NCBI RefSeq assembly: GCF_009914755.1
Contig: NC_060934.1
Origin: the human T2T-CHM13v2.0 reference genome, Homo sapiens
Length of the DNA stretch: 64,000 bases
Direction: 5' to 3' (one strand)
Positions 12,191 to 28,247 of the stretch are shown here, piece after piece; within the stretch, counting starts at the first letter, position 1, and every line of letters begins with the position of its first letter. The notes beneath the pieces were generated by a model. It did not search any database. It was not told where the DNA came from and saw nothing but the letters and a program-made list of their open reading frames with translations. The translations under genes were made by a program, and so were the position numbers.

Positions 12191-13429
12191 GTTTATTTTG
12201 CTTCCCCAAGTCCCTTCTTCACCTGGAGGCAGCAAACCCTGATTGCAGACCCAGTGCCTAAAAGGAAGTAAGTGCCTATTCAATGCCGAATATGAAGTAA
12301 AATCTGTCAGATTAAAAGCACAAGGAGAGAAACCATTCTAGTGTATTTGTGCTAGTTCTGAAAACAGGAGGGCATAAACTAATAACAACAGCATGGCACA
12401 TACTGGAACAAAGGGGAGGAGAAACTCCCTAATGTTAAATGCATTCGTTTGAGTTTTCAACTAAAGGGTCTTTCCTGCCTGCCTACCTTATTTCTTCCTT
12501 ACTCTTTTTTTTTTTCTGTTTCTCTGTATTCTCCCAATTTTCTTGGTTGCGATGAAAAAATAATAATTTTTAAAATTGTTTGAAGACCAATGGGACATGT
12601 AACTAACTTATTTTAAACACAAACTTCATGTAAGGCATGGTGAGATGATATAAAGGCCAAAATGTTCTGGGCCCTTCACCTCTTCCTAGGACCAGTCTTG
12701 TCATCAGGCATCTTGGGGAGGGTGACCTGCAGGTCATGTGCCCAGAGGCACTAGTGTCACAGAAGCCGGACACGTATTACTTCCCCCTTGGATCCTCATG
12801 CCTTTCCTGGACTTCTGTGCTCCTATCTGCTCCTTCCCAACCTCATGTGATAGGTGACCTCCAGGACCAAGCCAGGCTTCCCTCAACCCCTCTCTGTCCC
12901 TGCCCCGCATATTCCACTTCCGATTTTGACCTTCAGTGGTTTGCAGCTCCCTGCAGATATTGGAAAAGAGAATGAAGTGATTTACATAATGAAAACAAAT
13001 TGCATGACGAGTGTGAGGATCCATTGTTATGGTATAATGGAATGATTTAGAGGCTTTGAGAGACACAAGGCTGACGAGAAAGAGCCTCTGCCACCCTGGA
13101 AATGTAATTACTGCTCCACAAGGCGCTTTCTGGAGAGGCTTGGGATGAATAGAGCAGGACGTGGCAGTTGTCTCTGGAAGAAAGCATAAGACCAAAATAG
13201 AAGACTCTTAGCTTTGCAAGTTGGCCTTCTCAACTTTAAGCATATGATGCAATTCCTGGAGCAACTGCTGCGGTCCACGGGAACATTTGGTATTCCCCCA
13301 TGATCGTCTACCAGTTTCACCCATTACATTTGGGGTTTTTTCTCCTTTTTTGCATGTTTCCACCCTCAACCTCTATCTGTTCTGGTTCTCCGATGCCACA
13401 AAGAAAGCATCTTCAGAAACCAGTTAGGA

Positions 13430-13812
13430 TTTCAGATTAAGAGAAACCAAAGAGGCATGACAACTAGAAAACTAAGTGCAGTTCATGATCCCAGGTTGAA
13501 TCCTGGAGCAGGGGTGAGGGTGGGGAAAGAAATACAGAGCATTACTAGGGCAATTGACAACACAGGCTGTGGTTTCCATGTTAGTATTAGATCATTATTA
13601 AATTTCCTGATTTGGGTAAATGTGTTATAATCATGGAGCCTCATGTCTGCAACTGACTCAAATGGTTCTCAATGAAATATGCGTTTATGCAGACAAACAG
13701 AGAATGGTACAGCTTAGGGTGCAAAATAATAATAATTAGTAAATTTACATGAAGGGTATAGGAATTCATTTCTCTTGAAACTTCTCTCAAGTTTAAATTT
13801 ATTTCAAAATAA
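13430..13812 (+). mobile_element. Old L1M 3'-UTR fragment
   Basis: GAGGCATGACAACTA...TGAATCCTGGA...TTAAATTTCCTGATTTGG...ATTTCAAAATAA. Confidence 0.55.
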
Positions 13813-15169
13813 GTTTTTTTGGTTTTGTTTTGTTTAAAACCCAAACCCATTAGGAAGTAATTCTGGCCTTTTAGGACTGACAGTTACTCATTTCTTGAAA
13901 GAAAAACTTGGAAGGGCTAGCAAAGGGAAATAACATGCAGAGCCCAAATAAATTTTGTGTGAAATAGGGAGAGCTAAAATTTGCAATTAATTACATCCAC
14001 AAGTAAGTTGGAAATCCAGATCACCACCACAGCCCAGCTAACTTCAGAACACAGACAGCAGGCCTTGCTTATACCCTGATGCAGGGTGTGGCTGTCTCAG
14101 GGCCTCATTGTAAGGTTATCCCAACTAGACAGTGAGCCCTTCCTGTATGTGGAAGGATTCTACGCTGCCTCTGGTGGAGTCAGAGAGGGCTTTGTCGTTT
14201 AATCTGCAGGGTCTATTTACCTCTCCTTCTCATAAGGAAGAAAGTGAGTTGACTTAAAGTCCAAGTCCATTTGGAATATTAGATGAAAGACCATGGAATT
14301 TCCCTATCTTCATGTCTTTGATAAGCCAGACTTGCCAGCAGTAGCCTCCTAGTTCATGCCTGGGTGCACCACCCCTCCATAAGCTGGAGGTCCCCAGCAA
14401 GGTGGAGCCTTGGTGAGGCCTAAATGACCTCTGAATATCTCCCTTAGGTTCTGTTCTGGGTGTGGTATCAGGCTTGCAAGCCAATGCAGTTTCAATCCAT
14501 GCATCCCATTGTTCTGCCTAGTATTGGAAAGGTATATGGCAAGATCCAGGAGTCTCACCTCTTTTACCTTCCTGTTGCAACACCACAGACCTTAGAACAT
14601 AGCCTGGAGAAAGAGCAGGTAGGAATCTGGGAAATAACCCAGGTCAGAGGTGGCATATTTACATACCTTAGGAACCAGGTGGGTACCGCAGTGAGTGAAA
14701 CAGGCCAGGAGGTGTTGAGAACTGGAGAGGGAGTACCCTATCCAGAGGCTTCTCAGAATCCACCCCATGGTTGCCATAGGGGCATGTAGGCCCACTGGGG
14801 TCATATCTTTTGGAGTTTCCAGAATGCTTGCATTCTGGATTACAAATCTTAGCATTTGTAAATGTTGGCAACGATTTTTTTTTTTTTTAATTTCAAACCG
14901 AGCAGGCCAAACCAACACATCTGCAGGCGGAATCTGGCCATGGACTGCCAGTTGGTGACCTCTGATCTGATCCAACCCACTCGTATTATGTGTTTGACAC
15001 TTTTATTCCACAGTTATTGAATTCCAACTGGATGCTGGTACCCACAGATGGCAAGTAACTGGCCTAAGATCACACAGCTAGTTAATGGCAGAGGCAGGCA
15101 TACTGTATGAAAGTGTTAAACTCATGTAGTCTGTATGCCAGTATGACACGAAAACAATAATTTGGCTGA

Positions 15170-15526
<357 letters not shown>

Positions 15527-15939
15527 CCAAATGTTTTCTTAAAAAGAAAATTAATTCCGTAGTTAAATCTTATAACACCCTGCTTCTGCCATGTTTGTAG
15601 AAATATCTCCTTAAAACTCACCCAGTAGGTTTCTTCCTAACAAAAGTTTCTTCAGAAACAAATAGGGTTAGAGATGGTATTCAGCATGTCAGCTGCAGGG
15701 GAAAAGGTGACCCTTCTCCCATTTTCAAATGACATGTTTTAGAAATAAACAGGAGAGATAGGACTTATCTCTAAAGAATGTTCTAGCTTCTCTCTAAAGA
15801 CATTTCTGGCTCTCCCAGGGAACACTGAGTCGTTTTGAATGGAGAAGACTTCGGGATTCCCCAGGACCCAAGGAGAGGATGGCTTGCATGAGCACACACG
15901 GGCGCCCTTTCTAGTGTGTAACCAAGGTTCACATATGCC

Positions 15940-16150
15940 CAGATTCGAAGTCAGGTGGACCTGGGTTCAAACCCAGGCACTGCCTCTTACTAGCTGTCTG
16001 ACCTTGGAGAATTTTCCTCATCTTTAAGTGGAGAGATAAAAGTCGTATCTACCTCAGAGAGCAGTTGGAAGAACTAAATGAGATCATTTCTGTACAACAC
16101 GCAGTGTGGAGCCTGGCAGGCAGCATGTGCCCAGAAATGAGTCAGTTCTC
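15940..16150 (+). mobile_element. MIR
   Basis: CCTGGGTTCAAACCCAGGCACTGCCTCTTACTAGCTGTCTGACCTTGG. Confidence 0.8.
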
Positions 16151-16344
16151 ATCACTAGTGTTCCTTCTCTCCATCCTGCAAGGGATGAAAGGGAAAGCAC
16201 TTCTAAAGTGAGCAGCACCCCTGCCCACATGAGGCCGACCATAGGAACTGGGGAGGGAACAGGAGAAAGGGTTTGCTTGTCCTGCAGCAAAACAGCTGTG
16301 CAAGAGCTTTGTGTAGTTTGGTGGTTTCAGGGAGTTTGGGGGTA

Positions 16345-17610
16345 CTTTTTTTCAGTAACTGCTTTATTGATACATAATTCACAAAACCTACAATGCACCC
16401 ATTTAAAGTATACAATTCAATGGGGTTTTTTTAGTATACTCTTATATGTGCAACCATCACCATAGTCAATTTTAGAACCTTTTTATCACCTCAAAAAGAA
16501 ACCCTGTACCTTTTAGCTATATCTTCAATCCCCTCATTCCTCCAGCCCTATGCAACCATGATTCTGTTTTCTCTATAGATGTGCCTAATCTGACCATTTC
16601 ATATAAATGGAATCATAGAATATGTGATTTTTTTGTGACTGACTTCTTTCACTTAGTATAATGTTTTTAAGGTTTATCCTGGTTATAACATGTGCCAGTA
16701 CTTTATTCCTTTTTTACGGTCAAATAGTATTCCATTGTACGGATATACCATGCCACATTTTGTTTACCTATTCTTCAGCCAATGGACATTTAGGTTGTTT
16801 CTGCCTTTTGGCTATGTGAATAATGCTGCTGTGAACATTCGTGTACAAGTTTTTGTGTGGACATATGTTTTTATTCTCTTATATAACTTGGAGTGGATTG
16901 GCTAGATCAAATGGTAACTCTGTGTTCAACTTTTTGAAGAACTGGCAAACTGCTTTCCAAAGCAGCTGTACTATTTTATATTCCCACCAGCACAATATAA
17001 AGGTTTTGATTTCTCCACATATTCACCAACACTCATGGTTATGAGACTTTTCAATTCTAGCCATCCTAATGGATGAGAAGTGGTATCTGATTGTGGTTTT
17101 GATTTGCATTTCACGAGTCCTAATGATGTTGAGCATGTTTTCCTGTGCTTATTGGTCATTGTTATATCTTCTTTGGAGATGTCTACTCAGATCCTTTGCT
17201 CGCTTTTTAATTAGGTTGTCTTTTTATTAGTACGTTGTAAGAGTTTTTTAAGATAGTCTAGATATGTCTTATTGTATATACGATCTGCAAACATGTTCTC
17301 CTATTCTACAGCGTGTCTTCTTACTTTCTTGATAGTGTCCTTTGAAACACAAAAGTTTTTAATTTTGATGAAATCCAATTTAGTTTCTTTTGTTGCTTGC
17401 GCTTTTGGTGTCACATCTAAGAGTCTATTGTTAAAACCCACACCACAAGGACTTATTTATCTGTTATCTTCTAAGGGAATTATAATTTTGGCTCTTTCAT
17501 TTAGGTCTTTGATTCATTTAGAGTTAATGTTTATATATGCTGTGAGGTAAGGTTCCAACTGTCTTCTTTTGCATATGGATATCTACTTGTACAGCCATGT
17601 TTTTGAAGGA
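16345..17610 (-). mobile_element. L1M (L1MB-like) 3' end, antisense
   Basis: CTTTATTGATACATAATTCACA...TGTGCAACCATCACCA...TAGCCATCCTAATGGATGAGAAGTGGTATC; ORF 16971-17159 shows L1 ORF2 C-terminal remnants. Confidence 0.85.
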
Positions 17611-17929
17611 AGAAAAAGAACTGTGGATTGATGTGGTCATCTACCAAGACACACCTCAGCCCAGTCCACCTTGGAAACCCATTGGTCAGTCGGAACAAAA
17701 CTGACCGACTGGCATAGGTCATTCAGAGCAGAACAGGGTGGAGTTTAGCAATAGAATGCCACTTAGCTTGAGAAGCTCTAGCCTGCAAGCCATAGAGTGT
17801 AACTCGAAAACTCACAAAGTGTGCCCATTGAGTAGGTAAAATAATTACCAATAAGGTCGTGATTTAGTCACCATAATTTATATACGTCTCTTACCTCCCT
17901 ACCATTTCTGGGCCTTTTGGGTAGAAGTA

Positions 17930-18150
17930 GGATGTAATAAAAAGAGAATTGACTTTGCTATCAGAAGTCTAAGAGCTGATTCTTGGTGACTGTTGTGACA
18001 TTAGGCAAGTCACTTAACCTCTTTGAGACTTAGTTTTCTTCTCTCTAAGGTAGGATAATAATACCAAGTTCCTGGTCTTATTGAATCAATCAAAGGAAGT
18101 TTTTCCAAGGTTTGGGAAAGCACATAGTACCTGGTACCTAGTTGCCACAC
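17930..18150 (+). mobile_element. MIR
   Basis: GTGACATTAGGCAAGTCACTTAACCTCTTTGAGACTTAGTTTTC. Confidence 0.7.
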
Positions 18151-19359
18151 AAAGCATGCATGTTCACACTTATCACACTCCTCTTCCCAACTGTACCATC
18201 GATTACACTGAACACTAACTGAACTGCTGCTTCAGATCATAGAAGCCAGAACCCTGGAGTTCCACACAACCACAAATTCCAGAAACACAAACCTGCCCCA
18301 TAAACTATCCTGTGCTAGCCCCATTCCTCCATCCAGATCATTAACCACTGGAAGTCTTAGGAAAGGATGATACTTGGACACACCTCAACTCGGCTAAGGG
18401 TGTGCCTGGGAAGTGTTCACCCTCAACACTTCTCAGTGTTGCAAGTGGTGGGTCCAGTATCTGGCAGAAGACAGTTGATTGGAAAGAAAATTTGTAGCCA
18501 TAGGACCAAGTGACTGCCCATCCGGTGCATCCTAAATGTGGGAAGAGAGGACCAAGAGAGATCTTTAGGTGTGATTTGAGATTTACCCCAGGCCTGAAAC
18601 TCCACTGTGCCTTTGGGTTAAGGCATAGTGTTGTTGCCAGGATCTAATATCTTATCTGGGGTGGGCAGCAGAGAGCCAGTGGATGTGAAGATATTGGGAG
18701 GTGTAGGAAGAGCTATGCAAACATGACAGGGCACAATAACTAATGAGTAGCCACTGACATAAACACAGGAGGTTAGAGCAGAGAGGAAGGGCCCTTAGGA
18801 GTCTTCTATCCAGCTCCCTTATTTGGCAAAAGAAGACAGCTAGGGGTCAGAGACACTGGGTGGCTTGGCTGAGGTGAGGCTGTGAGTAGCTGCAGCGCAG
18901 GACACCTAATGCTCATGCCATTTGGCACTGAGGCCGTGGAAACTGGAATGTTTCGATGTGGAGGGTGTTGGAGAAAATGTCACAAAAAGAGACTGAGCAT
19001 TCAGGTCTGGAGCTGAGGGCACCAGAGAAGCAGTTCAGGAGCTATTTTGTTGGGGAGAGAGAGGCCAAAACAGGCTGATGCAGAGACACAAAGGCATCTG
19101 TGTTTTCTGGAAGGTTCTTCTCATAGTTCCTCTCATAGTTCCACCTCACTTCAGGACGCCAGAAAGAAGTGGTGGGAAATCCATGACCTGGGCCTGCCTC
19201 TGCCATTGACCATCCAGGGGCCACCCCAGGATGACTACTTCCTCCTCTGAACTTTGGTCTTCCCACTACAAAGGAGATGAGTGTGAAGAAGGTGAACTCT
19301 GAGTCTGACAGCTCTAACCAGTCTCCAAGGGGAAAGCCAAGTCAGGCTTAGGCAGTAAA

Positions 19360-21130
19360 TTAATCTCAGGAGGAACAACTTTATGTGAGCACATTTAGAA
19401 ATAAGTTTAGGGTGATGATTTTAAGTTCCACCTTTTTTTTTTAATGCCTCTATTCAGGTGACATATTTGACCTGATTAACAGAAAGTACATGGGCCTAAT
19501 GTACAATATTAGGAGATAATTGCAATGGATGAAAGTCACTTGAGTCAATTAACTCTTATTACCTGGAAACCATTTAGAAGAGGCAATAAATTATTGGGAC
19601 AACACAATTAGCAGTCCCAGAATGAAACAGATTTCGTGTGTGTGCACGGAGAAGCCCCCCTCCTGAGGGCCTGTCAAGTTCAAGGGTACATGTTTGAGGG
19701 GATTGCTGTGCCCTTTTGTGTTCACAGGAGTGTGTTAACATGCAACAGGGCTGACATATCCCAGGCTAGACCGAAGCAATGAAATAAGCTTTCGACGCCT
19801 GAGAACAATGACGCCTGTGTCACCACCAGTCAATGGCTGCCTCAGTGCCTTGTCCCTAATAGACTCTCACTGAACGTCGGTCAGTTAGCTGAGTGATATT
19901 GAGGTTGGGTCTTGTGACTCTGCTTAAAGACCATTTCTAACACCTCCACTGCCGAATTTAAAAACTGAAACGGCTTAGCATTTAGAAAGACCTTTTTTCA
20001 TCAAGTTACACATTCTATACCAGCATGGATAGAGTTGGGATAAAGAAAAAGTTTTGTATAAAAATTCTTCAAAGTACCACTGCAGTAGCAAATAGGTTCC
20101 AAGAGCCTCATCGATCTCTTATATTTGTTTTCAATCCATGGAAGAAGATTGTGTTGTCCCAGTGCAGGCCCAAGTTTAATTCAATGTGTCTTAAGGCTGT
20201 AGGATCCTGAGCTCCTTGCCACTAAATCTACACACCATTTGCTTATTAAGTAAGGAACCATCCTAGAATTCTTTTGCAATGATCTGAAATAACCTAGCAT
20301 TTGCTTTCACTGACCTTTTAGTGTTTCTATCACCTAAAGCATTTTTCCTTCCACTGCTGCATTACAAGTAGGATTCAAATTCCTAACAGCAGAGGGGGAA
20401 AAAAAATCCCAAAGCACAACAAATGTTAATGATCAACATTTCATTTTTATCGTGTTGACTGTTTCAACCACAAGCTTAAAGAATTATCAAGGCAGACTGC
20501 ATTAGTCCAAATAAGCTGAAAATAATACACTGGCCAGAACTAGTGCTCAGAAGGCAAATTTATATCGAGTAATTGAAAATGTAATAAAGAAAGAAATAAT
20601 TGCCATAGGACACAGGTCTCTCTCTTTTGTGTGTGTACCTCCAAATATGTGGGTTTTAAAAATATATCACCAGATACTTTTGCGATAGTCAATCTGTGAC
20701 TTCTTCAGTGATGGTAAATGTGCAATCTGATCTTTTGAAAGAATAAACAGTTCCTTGTTAATTAATTTATACAGCTGTCAGTGCAGCTTTCTCTGTCTTC
20801 GCACTCTAAGTGTTTCCCTGCCATAGATTTTCTTGCCGTTTCTGGCAAACCTCCAGTGAGAGCCTGGGATTTATTAGGCTGACTTGGTGCAGAGTCTATT
20901 GATTGTGGCCCCGAGGGTAATAACTAAATAGAGCTGGAGCAACAAGTCAATAACACCATTGTTGCTGCAGCCTGCATTCACTCGAGGAGTAAGATTGTTT
21001 TACAGCAGCCGAGGGTAATCGTGGGCAGATCAGTGTGTTCAACACGCGCTGCACCGTGTTAGTGCTGAGGACTATTTGAAAGCTTTCAGCGGGATCACTG
21101 GAGAATTGGGGTGGGGTACTGGGATTATGA
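19360..21130. promoter_or_regulatory. Candidate conserved non-coding block(s)
   Basis: Repeat-free; dense TAATTA/TGATTAA/CTGTCA/TGATTG motifs; local CpG retention. Confidence 0.35.
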
Positions 21131-21493
21131 ACCCTGTGAACTCCTTCATTACAGCTTAAAGGTTTCAACTTTAGTTTTTAACATCTGCTGCAACCTTGGG
21201 GAGCTCAGGAGTAAGGCTGGTGCAGGGGAGTGCAGAAACAGGCTCTGGGCCTTAGCACTAGGCGGTCTGTTCTGGTCTGTGTCCCGGAAACAAGATGGTT
21301 ATGAGCAGAGAGATTATCTCACAGCTGCTGTCTGACATCCATCCGTCTATCCGGCCTCCCATCTGTGTGAGGTGCCAGCCAGTGGCACCATCCCTACCTC
21401 CTCATCCCCCAGGATGCATTTAATGTAAACCATCTAAACAGAAGAAGCCACATTATTATAATTTTCTCACTTCCAAATCTTGAGTTAGGCTGA

Positions 21494-21802
<309 letters not shown>

Positions 21803-22604
21803 TGACTTAACTTTAAAAGCCATTTTTCTTGAGGCTTGCTTAGTAAGAGAAACTAAAACTCACATCTTTCAAAGCTTTTTTTTCCTAATTGGTAGTGGTA
21901 TGTAAAAGTTCACTACGCTGACTTTTACATACCTGATGATTAGTTTTTTAATTACAGAAAGTAAAATCAAAGTCCGTGTCAATTCCTGTCACTCTTTTGC
22001 CTTTTAAAGAATCCTCATGGATTCTGTTTCTATACATGGATGACCAGAAAATAAAAAAGACAAGTTCCCAGGTGTGGCTGGTGCTGACCTATCTCCCAGC
22101 CTTCCAGGCTTGCCTTGTCTGAGTGGTGTCTGAATTACTGTGGTGGGGGTGGATTTCTTAGGCCCACTATAGAAAATTTCAGGACCTTATGCACACAATA
22201 CAAGCACTAAATTGACACCAACAAATCAGTGCCATCTCTTCAGGTGGGAGGATGGAGACAGCCACGGAGCAGTGCTTAATTATGCAGAAGGTTTATCCTT
22301 TGAGTCTGACATAGAGCACTGTGAGGAAAGGCCATCTCTGGGGCTAGAAAGTGAAAACAAGACTTCGCCAAAAAGGATTTTATTCTGAATGTAAGACCTG
22401 CCTGGTAGAGATATCTTCCTCAGTAGTTTTTGGTGATTATCTCATTTTAATTCCATGCCTGACATTCATCAGTCAGAGGCAAAACTCATTGGCAGGGAAA
22501 GAGATGAGAGGCCTCCGTTTCCCGGACATTGTGGCATTCATTCTCTGGCCTCTTCACTAAGGAAGTGCTGCAGTGAAACTCGATTCTGCCCATTTTGTCA
22601 TTTA

Positions 22605-22988
<384 letters not shown>

Positions 22989-24834
22989 TTACTCTAGAAA
23001 GTGACCTTTCTGATCTATGAGTTGGAATTACCAGCTACCTGGATAAACATCACCTCATTTTTAACTTAATACCAAAGCCATCATCCCCATGTTGTTGAAC
23101 TGAAGAACCTTAGAATGGCTTCAGGAAAGGCCGGTGACTCTGAGCACTGGTGGAAGTTCTTCTGCCAAGACCATTCACCATTGTTACCCCACTTGTCCCC
23201 CTGATAACTGATGGCCATTGTGAATTATGCCTCAATGTCACCACGTGAACCGATTACCCACAAATAACCACAACCCCGATACCATCTGGACTGAGTGCAA
23301 ATCTTTCATAAAATGTTGTATTTTTAAAAAGAATTTAATTATTCTATACAGGACAAAGAGCTTTTCCTGTTCACTCTATTTTACTGAGAAAAGTCTTTGG
23401 CAAATCTATGGCAAAGGTAAAACTTGGGAGGGTTTTTTAAAATTACTTGCAGTATGAGTCACCTTAATGAAAGCTTCAGAAGCATGAAGCAGTTCCATCA
23501 GGTAGCAGTCCTCCAGGAAAAAATTTTTTTTTTAGTTTAGTCAATACTAACATACAACATATGGGCAAAGGTAGACTGCCTCCTTGCTCTACTGGGAGAC
23601 ATAAATAGCTTTCTTATCAGACATTTTTTTGTCTGAATCAAGAAATTCCTGTCCAGTCTGCTTAGGTTCAGCTCTGTGATCCAAGAAGTTTTTGACATAT
23701 CAAGATGACCTAAGAGTTGATAAGCCTTTGGCACAGGAAAGAAATATGCAGGAGAAGTTCAGGAACTGAGTGACACATTTTCCTAAAAGAAGGAAAAAAA
23801 TAAGAATAATAATCGAAGTGGATTTGTTGAATACTTTCAAATTCTCAAAGATGTTTCTGTTTAGGTGGCTGTGGAAATCTCACGTTTGCTTTATCGCAGC
23901 TTGAAAAGGAACGAGAGAAAGAAATACCAAAGGGTACACATACTTCCAGTTCTTTTGAGTGATATTACCAATATTTCATCTTGAGATTTCCAAGAGTAGA
24001 GGCCAGATATTTTCAGTCTTCTGCACTCTTTAAGGGTCAGAAGGAGTCAGAATCAACTTGGATGGAATAAACATGGGGATAAGCAGCTGAAAATAATAGC
24101 TTCATGTATTTACTAGACGCTAAGAAGTCAAAGGAAGTGGTGTGTGAGCTTGTAAAACAGTGGCTGCCAGCTTTATCTTTTTAAGAGGAGACTAGATTTT
24201 GACACAGAGATAAGCAAGCTGGAGTAAACAGTGATTTCTTAAACTGTTACCCATAAAATAAGTTTGTTGTGAACATATCTACATAAGAGAGATTGTCCTC
24301 TCTTTTTCAGCTATGGGTCAGGTTATTCTAAGCTTTTATATACTCATGCCAAAGGTGTAGGCGCTGGGCTTATGTTCAGCTATTTCAGATCATCTGGACT
24401 TGAATTTAGAGAATGTCTTTGCTCTGTTAGCACATGCTCATCCCACTATTCAAAAAAATGACCATCTCGGTACAAAGTTTCTTTGGCAGTCAAATCTGTT
24501 TCAGCATCTCCAATCAACATATGTTTTTCCTCATTTTGTATTTTCTTGTTTCTGGCATTTTATGGATTAGAATAATCGGAAAATAGGCATCTGAAGGATT
24601 ACTCCCATAAACAGGTGAGATTGGCGAGAGAAGAAATTATTTTTCAACGTTATTATTAAATAGAAGCTCTCATGCTCTTTATAGCCACATTCCTCCATTT
24701 ACAATGTGCTGTTGAGGCTGAGAACTTCCTTGTTCTTTAGGTTTCTCACAGATTATTTTTCTGTTACAAGCTATTTGTTACTTACTCAGTTCTGAGTTAC
24801 TGAGATTGTTTAATTCTAAACTTAGTTGTATGGC

Positions 24835-25091
24835 AGATTACAGCTCACACCTGTAATCCCAGCACTTTGGGAGGATCACTTGAGGCCAGGCATTCGAGAC
24901 CAGTCTGGGCAACATAGCAGGACCTTGTCTCTTAAAAAAAAAAAAAAAAAAAGCAAAAATTAGCCCAATATGGTGGCATGTGCCTGTAATCCCTGCTAGG
25001 AGGATCGTTTGAGCCCAGGAGTTCAAGGTTGCAGTAAGCTATGATCACACTGCTGCACTCCAGCCTGGGAGACAGAGCAAGACCCTGTCTC

Positions 25092-25144
<53 letters not shown>

Positions 25145-25148
25145 AATA
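24835..25148 (+). mobile_element. AluJ-type with internal deletions and (AAAT)~12 tail
   Basis: Alu arms; tetranucleotide STR at ~25095-25143. Confidence 0.9.
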
Positions 25149-25369
25149 ATAACCTACCTATATGCCTAGAATTTTAATAATTGAAAATGTGGTAGCACCA
25201 TGATCTTGGTGGAAAAGGCATTGAGCAATTTCACTTGGAGTTTGCTCAAATCAGGCACATTATTTCAGAATCAAACTTTTAAGCCTTTGAAAACAAAATG
25301 TAAAAATAAGCCCATTTTTCTCCTTTGCTTCTTGCAGAAGGCGTTTCCAGTGGAGGTTTTCTAAAATTA

Positions 25370-25555
25370 TTATAATAATTAACCATGTGCTGTCTCATGT
25401 CCCGGGAACTAGAGTCAGAGCTCAATATGCATAATCTGATTTAACCCGTGTGTTAACCTTATCGAGTATGCATTGTTGTTCCCATTTTATAGATTAGGAA
25501 ACTAAATATCAGTAAAATTAGTATGTGGCTTTCTCAAAGCCACATGGCTGATAGA
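25370..25555 (-). mobile_element. MIR
   Basis: CCCATTTTATAGATTAGGAAACT. Confidence 0.55.
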
Positions 25556-25768
25556 ACCAAAATCCTTACTATGGTCCACAGGCTGGCACGATTCCGCCTC
25601 TGTTTCCTCTTCAGCTCGCCTCCCTCCCATCATTCTCCTCCTGGCTTTTTCCTCCCCGGGCACCCCAGTGTTCCTCTACAGATAAAGGGCCTTTGCACAT
25701 GCTGTGCCACCTGCCTGGAATCCCTTTCTCATTCCCACTCACCCCTCCCACTTCAGTTTTTAACCTAG

Positions 25769-26072
<304 letters not shown>

Positions 26073-26139
26073 TAATTCAACATCATTACCACCTTTGGGA
26101 CACCCTCTCTGGGCCTCTAGAAAAGCTCAGTCCTACAGC

Positions 26140-26843
<704 letters not shown>

Positions 26844-28211
26844 CAAGTCCCCTCTTCTAGATGCTCATAGTATCATATCTGCTTCCTTTGTAGCGATTAC
26901 CACAGTTTAAAACTCTATATTATGTACATGTGATTTTGTTAAGGCCTAGAAGCTCTGTGAGGACAGGGACCTAATTTTACTCATCACTGTACCCCCAGAA
27001 TGGAACCAGATCATTTCCCACAGACCTCATCAGAGCGCTTGCTGGACTCTGTGTGTCCAGGGCCATTTCACTGGCTGTCGCCAGTTGCATGCTGGGGCTT
27101 TCAAAGCAGCACTGAGAGTGGAACACTAAAACCTCACGCCGACTTGGAGGCCACACTGGAAAAGGATGTTGCAATGACGCTTGGATCAGGCCAGGCCCTG
27201 CGTGAAGGCCCTTTGGCGTCTTTTTCGGCGTGGAAGCGCATGCTCTTTCTCCTTGAGGAGAAGATAGGACCTTAGCGTTTCCAAGGCCTTCTGAGTGAAA
27301 ACATCTGTATCCGATCTTTCCCGTCGCGGCATATTAGTGAAGTCTGGCTAAAGAGCAGCTTGTAGTTGACAAGACTCTCATCAGAAGGTGTCACTGCCAT
27401 CAGCTGGAATTATAGTGGGGCTGTTCGAGCTGGTGCCCTAGCCAGATGCCAGTCTGGGTAATTACATTTGGTCTACCTAAACTCCCTGCAGACTTCTCAT
27501 CGGACACAGCATTCTTCATCTCTGCCCTGAACTGCTAGGGAGTGTTTGCTAAGAGCCTTTCAGCTGCTGCCATAGTTCATTCCAAAAATGGATACATTCC
27601 TGAAGGACCACTTGTCAGGGGGTGTTACTGGGGGGGATTCCAGCTTGGAAGAGGGCTGGCCTGGCTAGGTGGCCCTGAAGGTCCCTTCCCCTTCTAATTT
27701 CGATTTTGTGATTCAGTGATTATAACTCAAACTGTAGTGTTCGTGGAACTGGTAAGAGCCTCATAAATGAAAATACCATCAGATCGAAAGTGCAGAACTT
27801 GGTAGGAAAGATGTTCAAATAACACACACACACACCAAAAAAAGTAGACACGAATCTGGATATCCCTGGGACCCAGAAACAGTCACAGTTACATTTCCTC
27901 TCTCAAGTTGATTCTGAAGCCATAATTAAGTGAAGACAAAAACATATATACATTGAATGAAAGGTGTGTAATCTTTGGGATAATTCTGATGTAATTAACA
28001 CAGCAGAGCTGCATTATGGCCAATGTACAATGAGTGGAATTTTCCAACATTGATTAAGCGGACTTGAAGAGAACTGAGTCTTTGTCTGAAAGCTACCAAA
28101 TGAAAACAACTTTGGGATATTTAAATTCAGGTTGGAAATTGGTTTGGGTAAGGGATATTTAAACCACAGCTGTTCAAGGGCTAAAAACATATGAGTTGTA
28201 TGTGCATGCCC

Positions 28212-28247
28212 GCGTGCACGTGCACACACACACACACACACACACAC
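28212..28247 (+). repeat. Alternating purine-pyrimidine tract GCGTGCACGTG(CA)~12
   Basis: Direct reading. Confidence 0.9.

Noticed and set aside
25311-25345. Strong-looking acceptor (TTTTTCTCCTTTGCTTCTTGCAG) as an alternative last exon; similar sites at ~23885-23900 and ~41641-41664
   Set aside because: No convincing paired donor, poly(A) context or recognisable peptide; decoy acceptors are abundant in long introns
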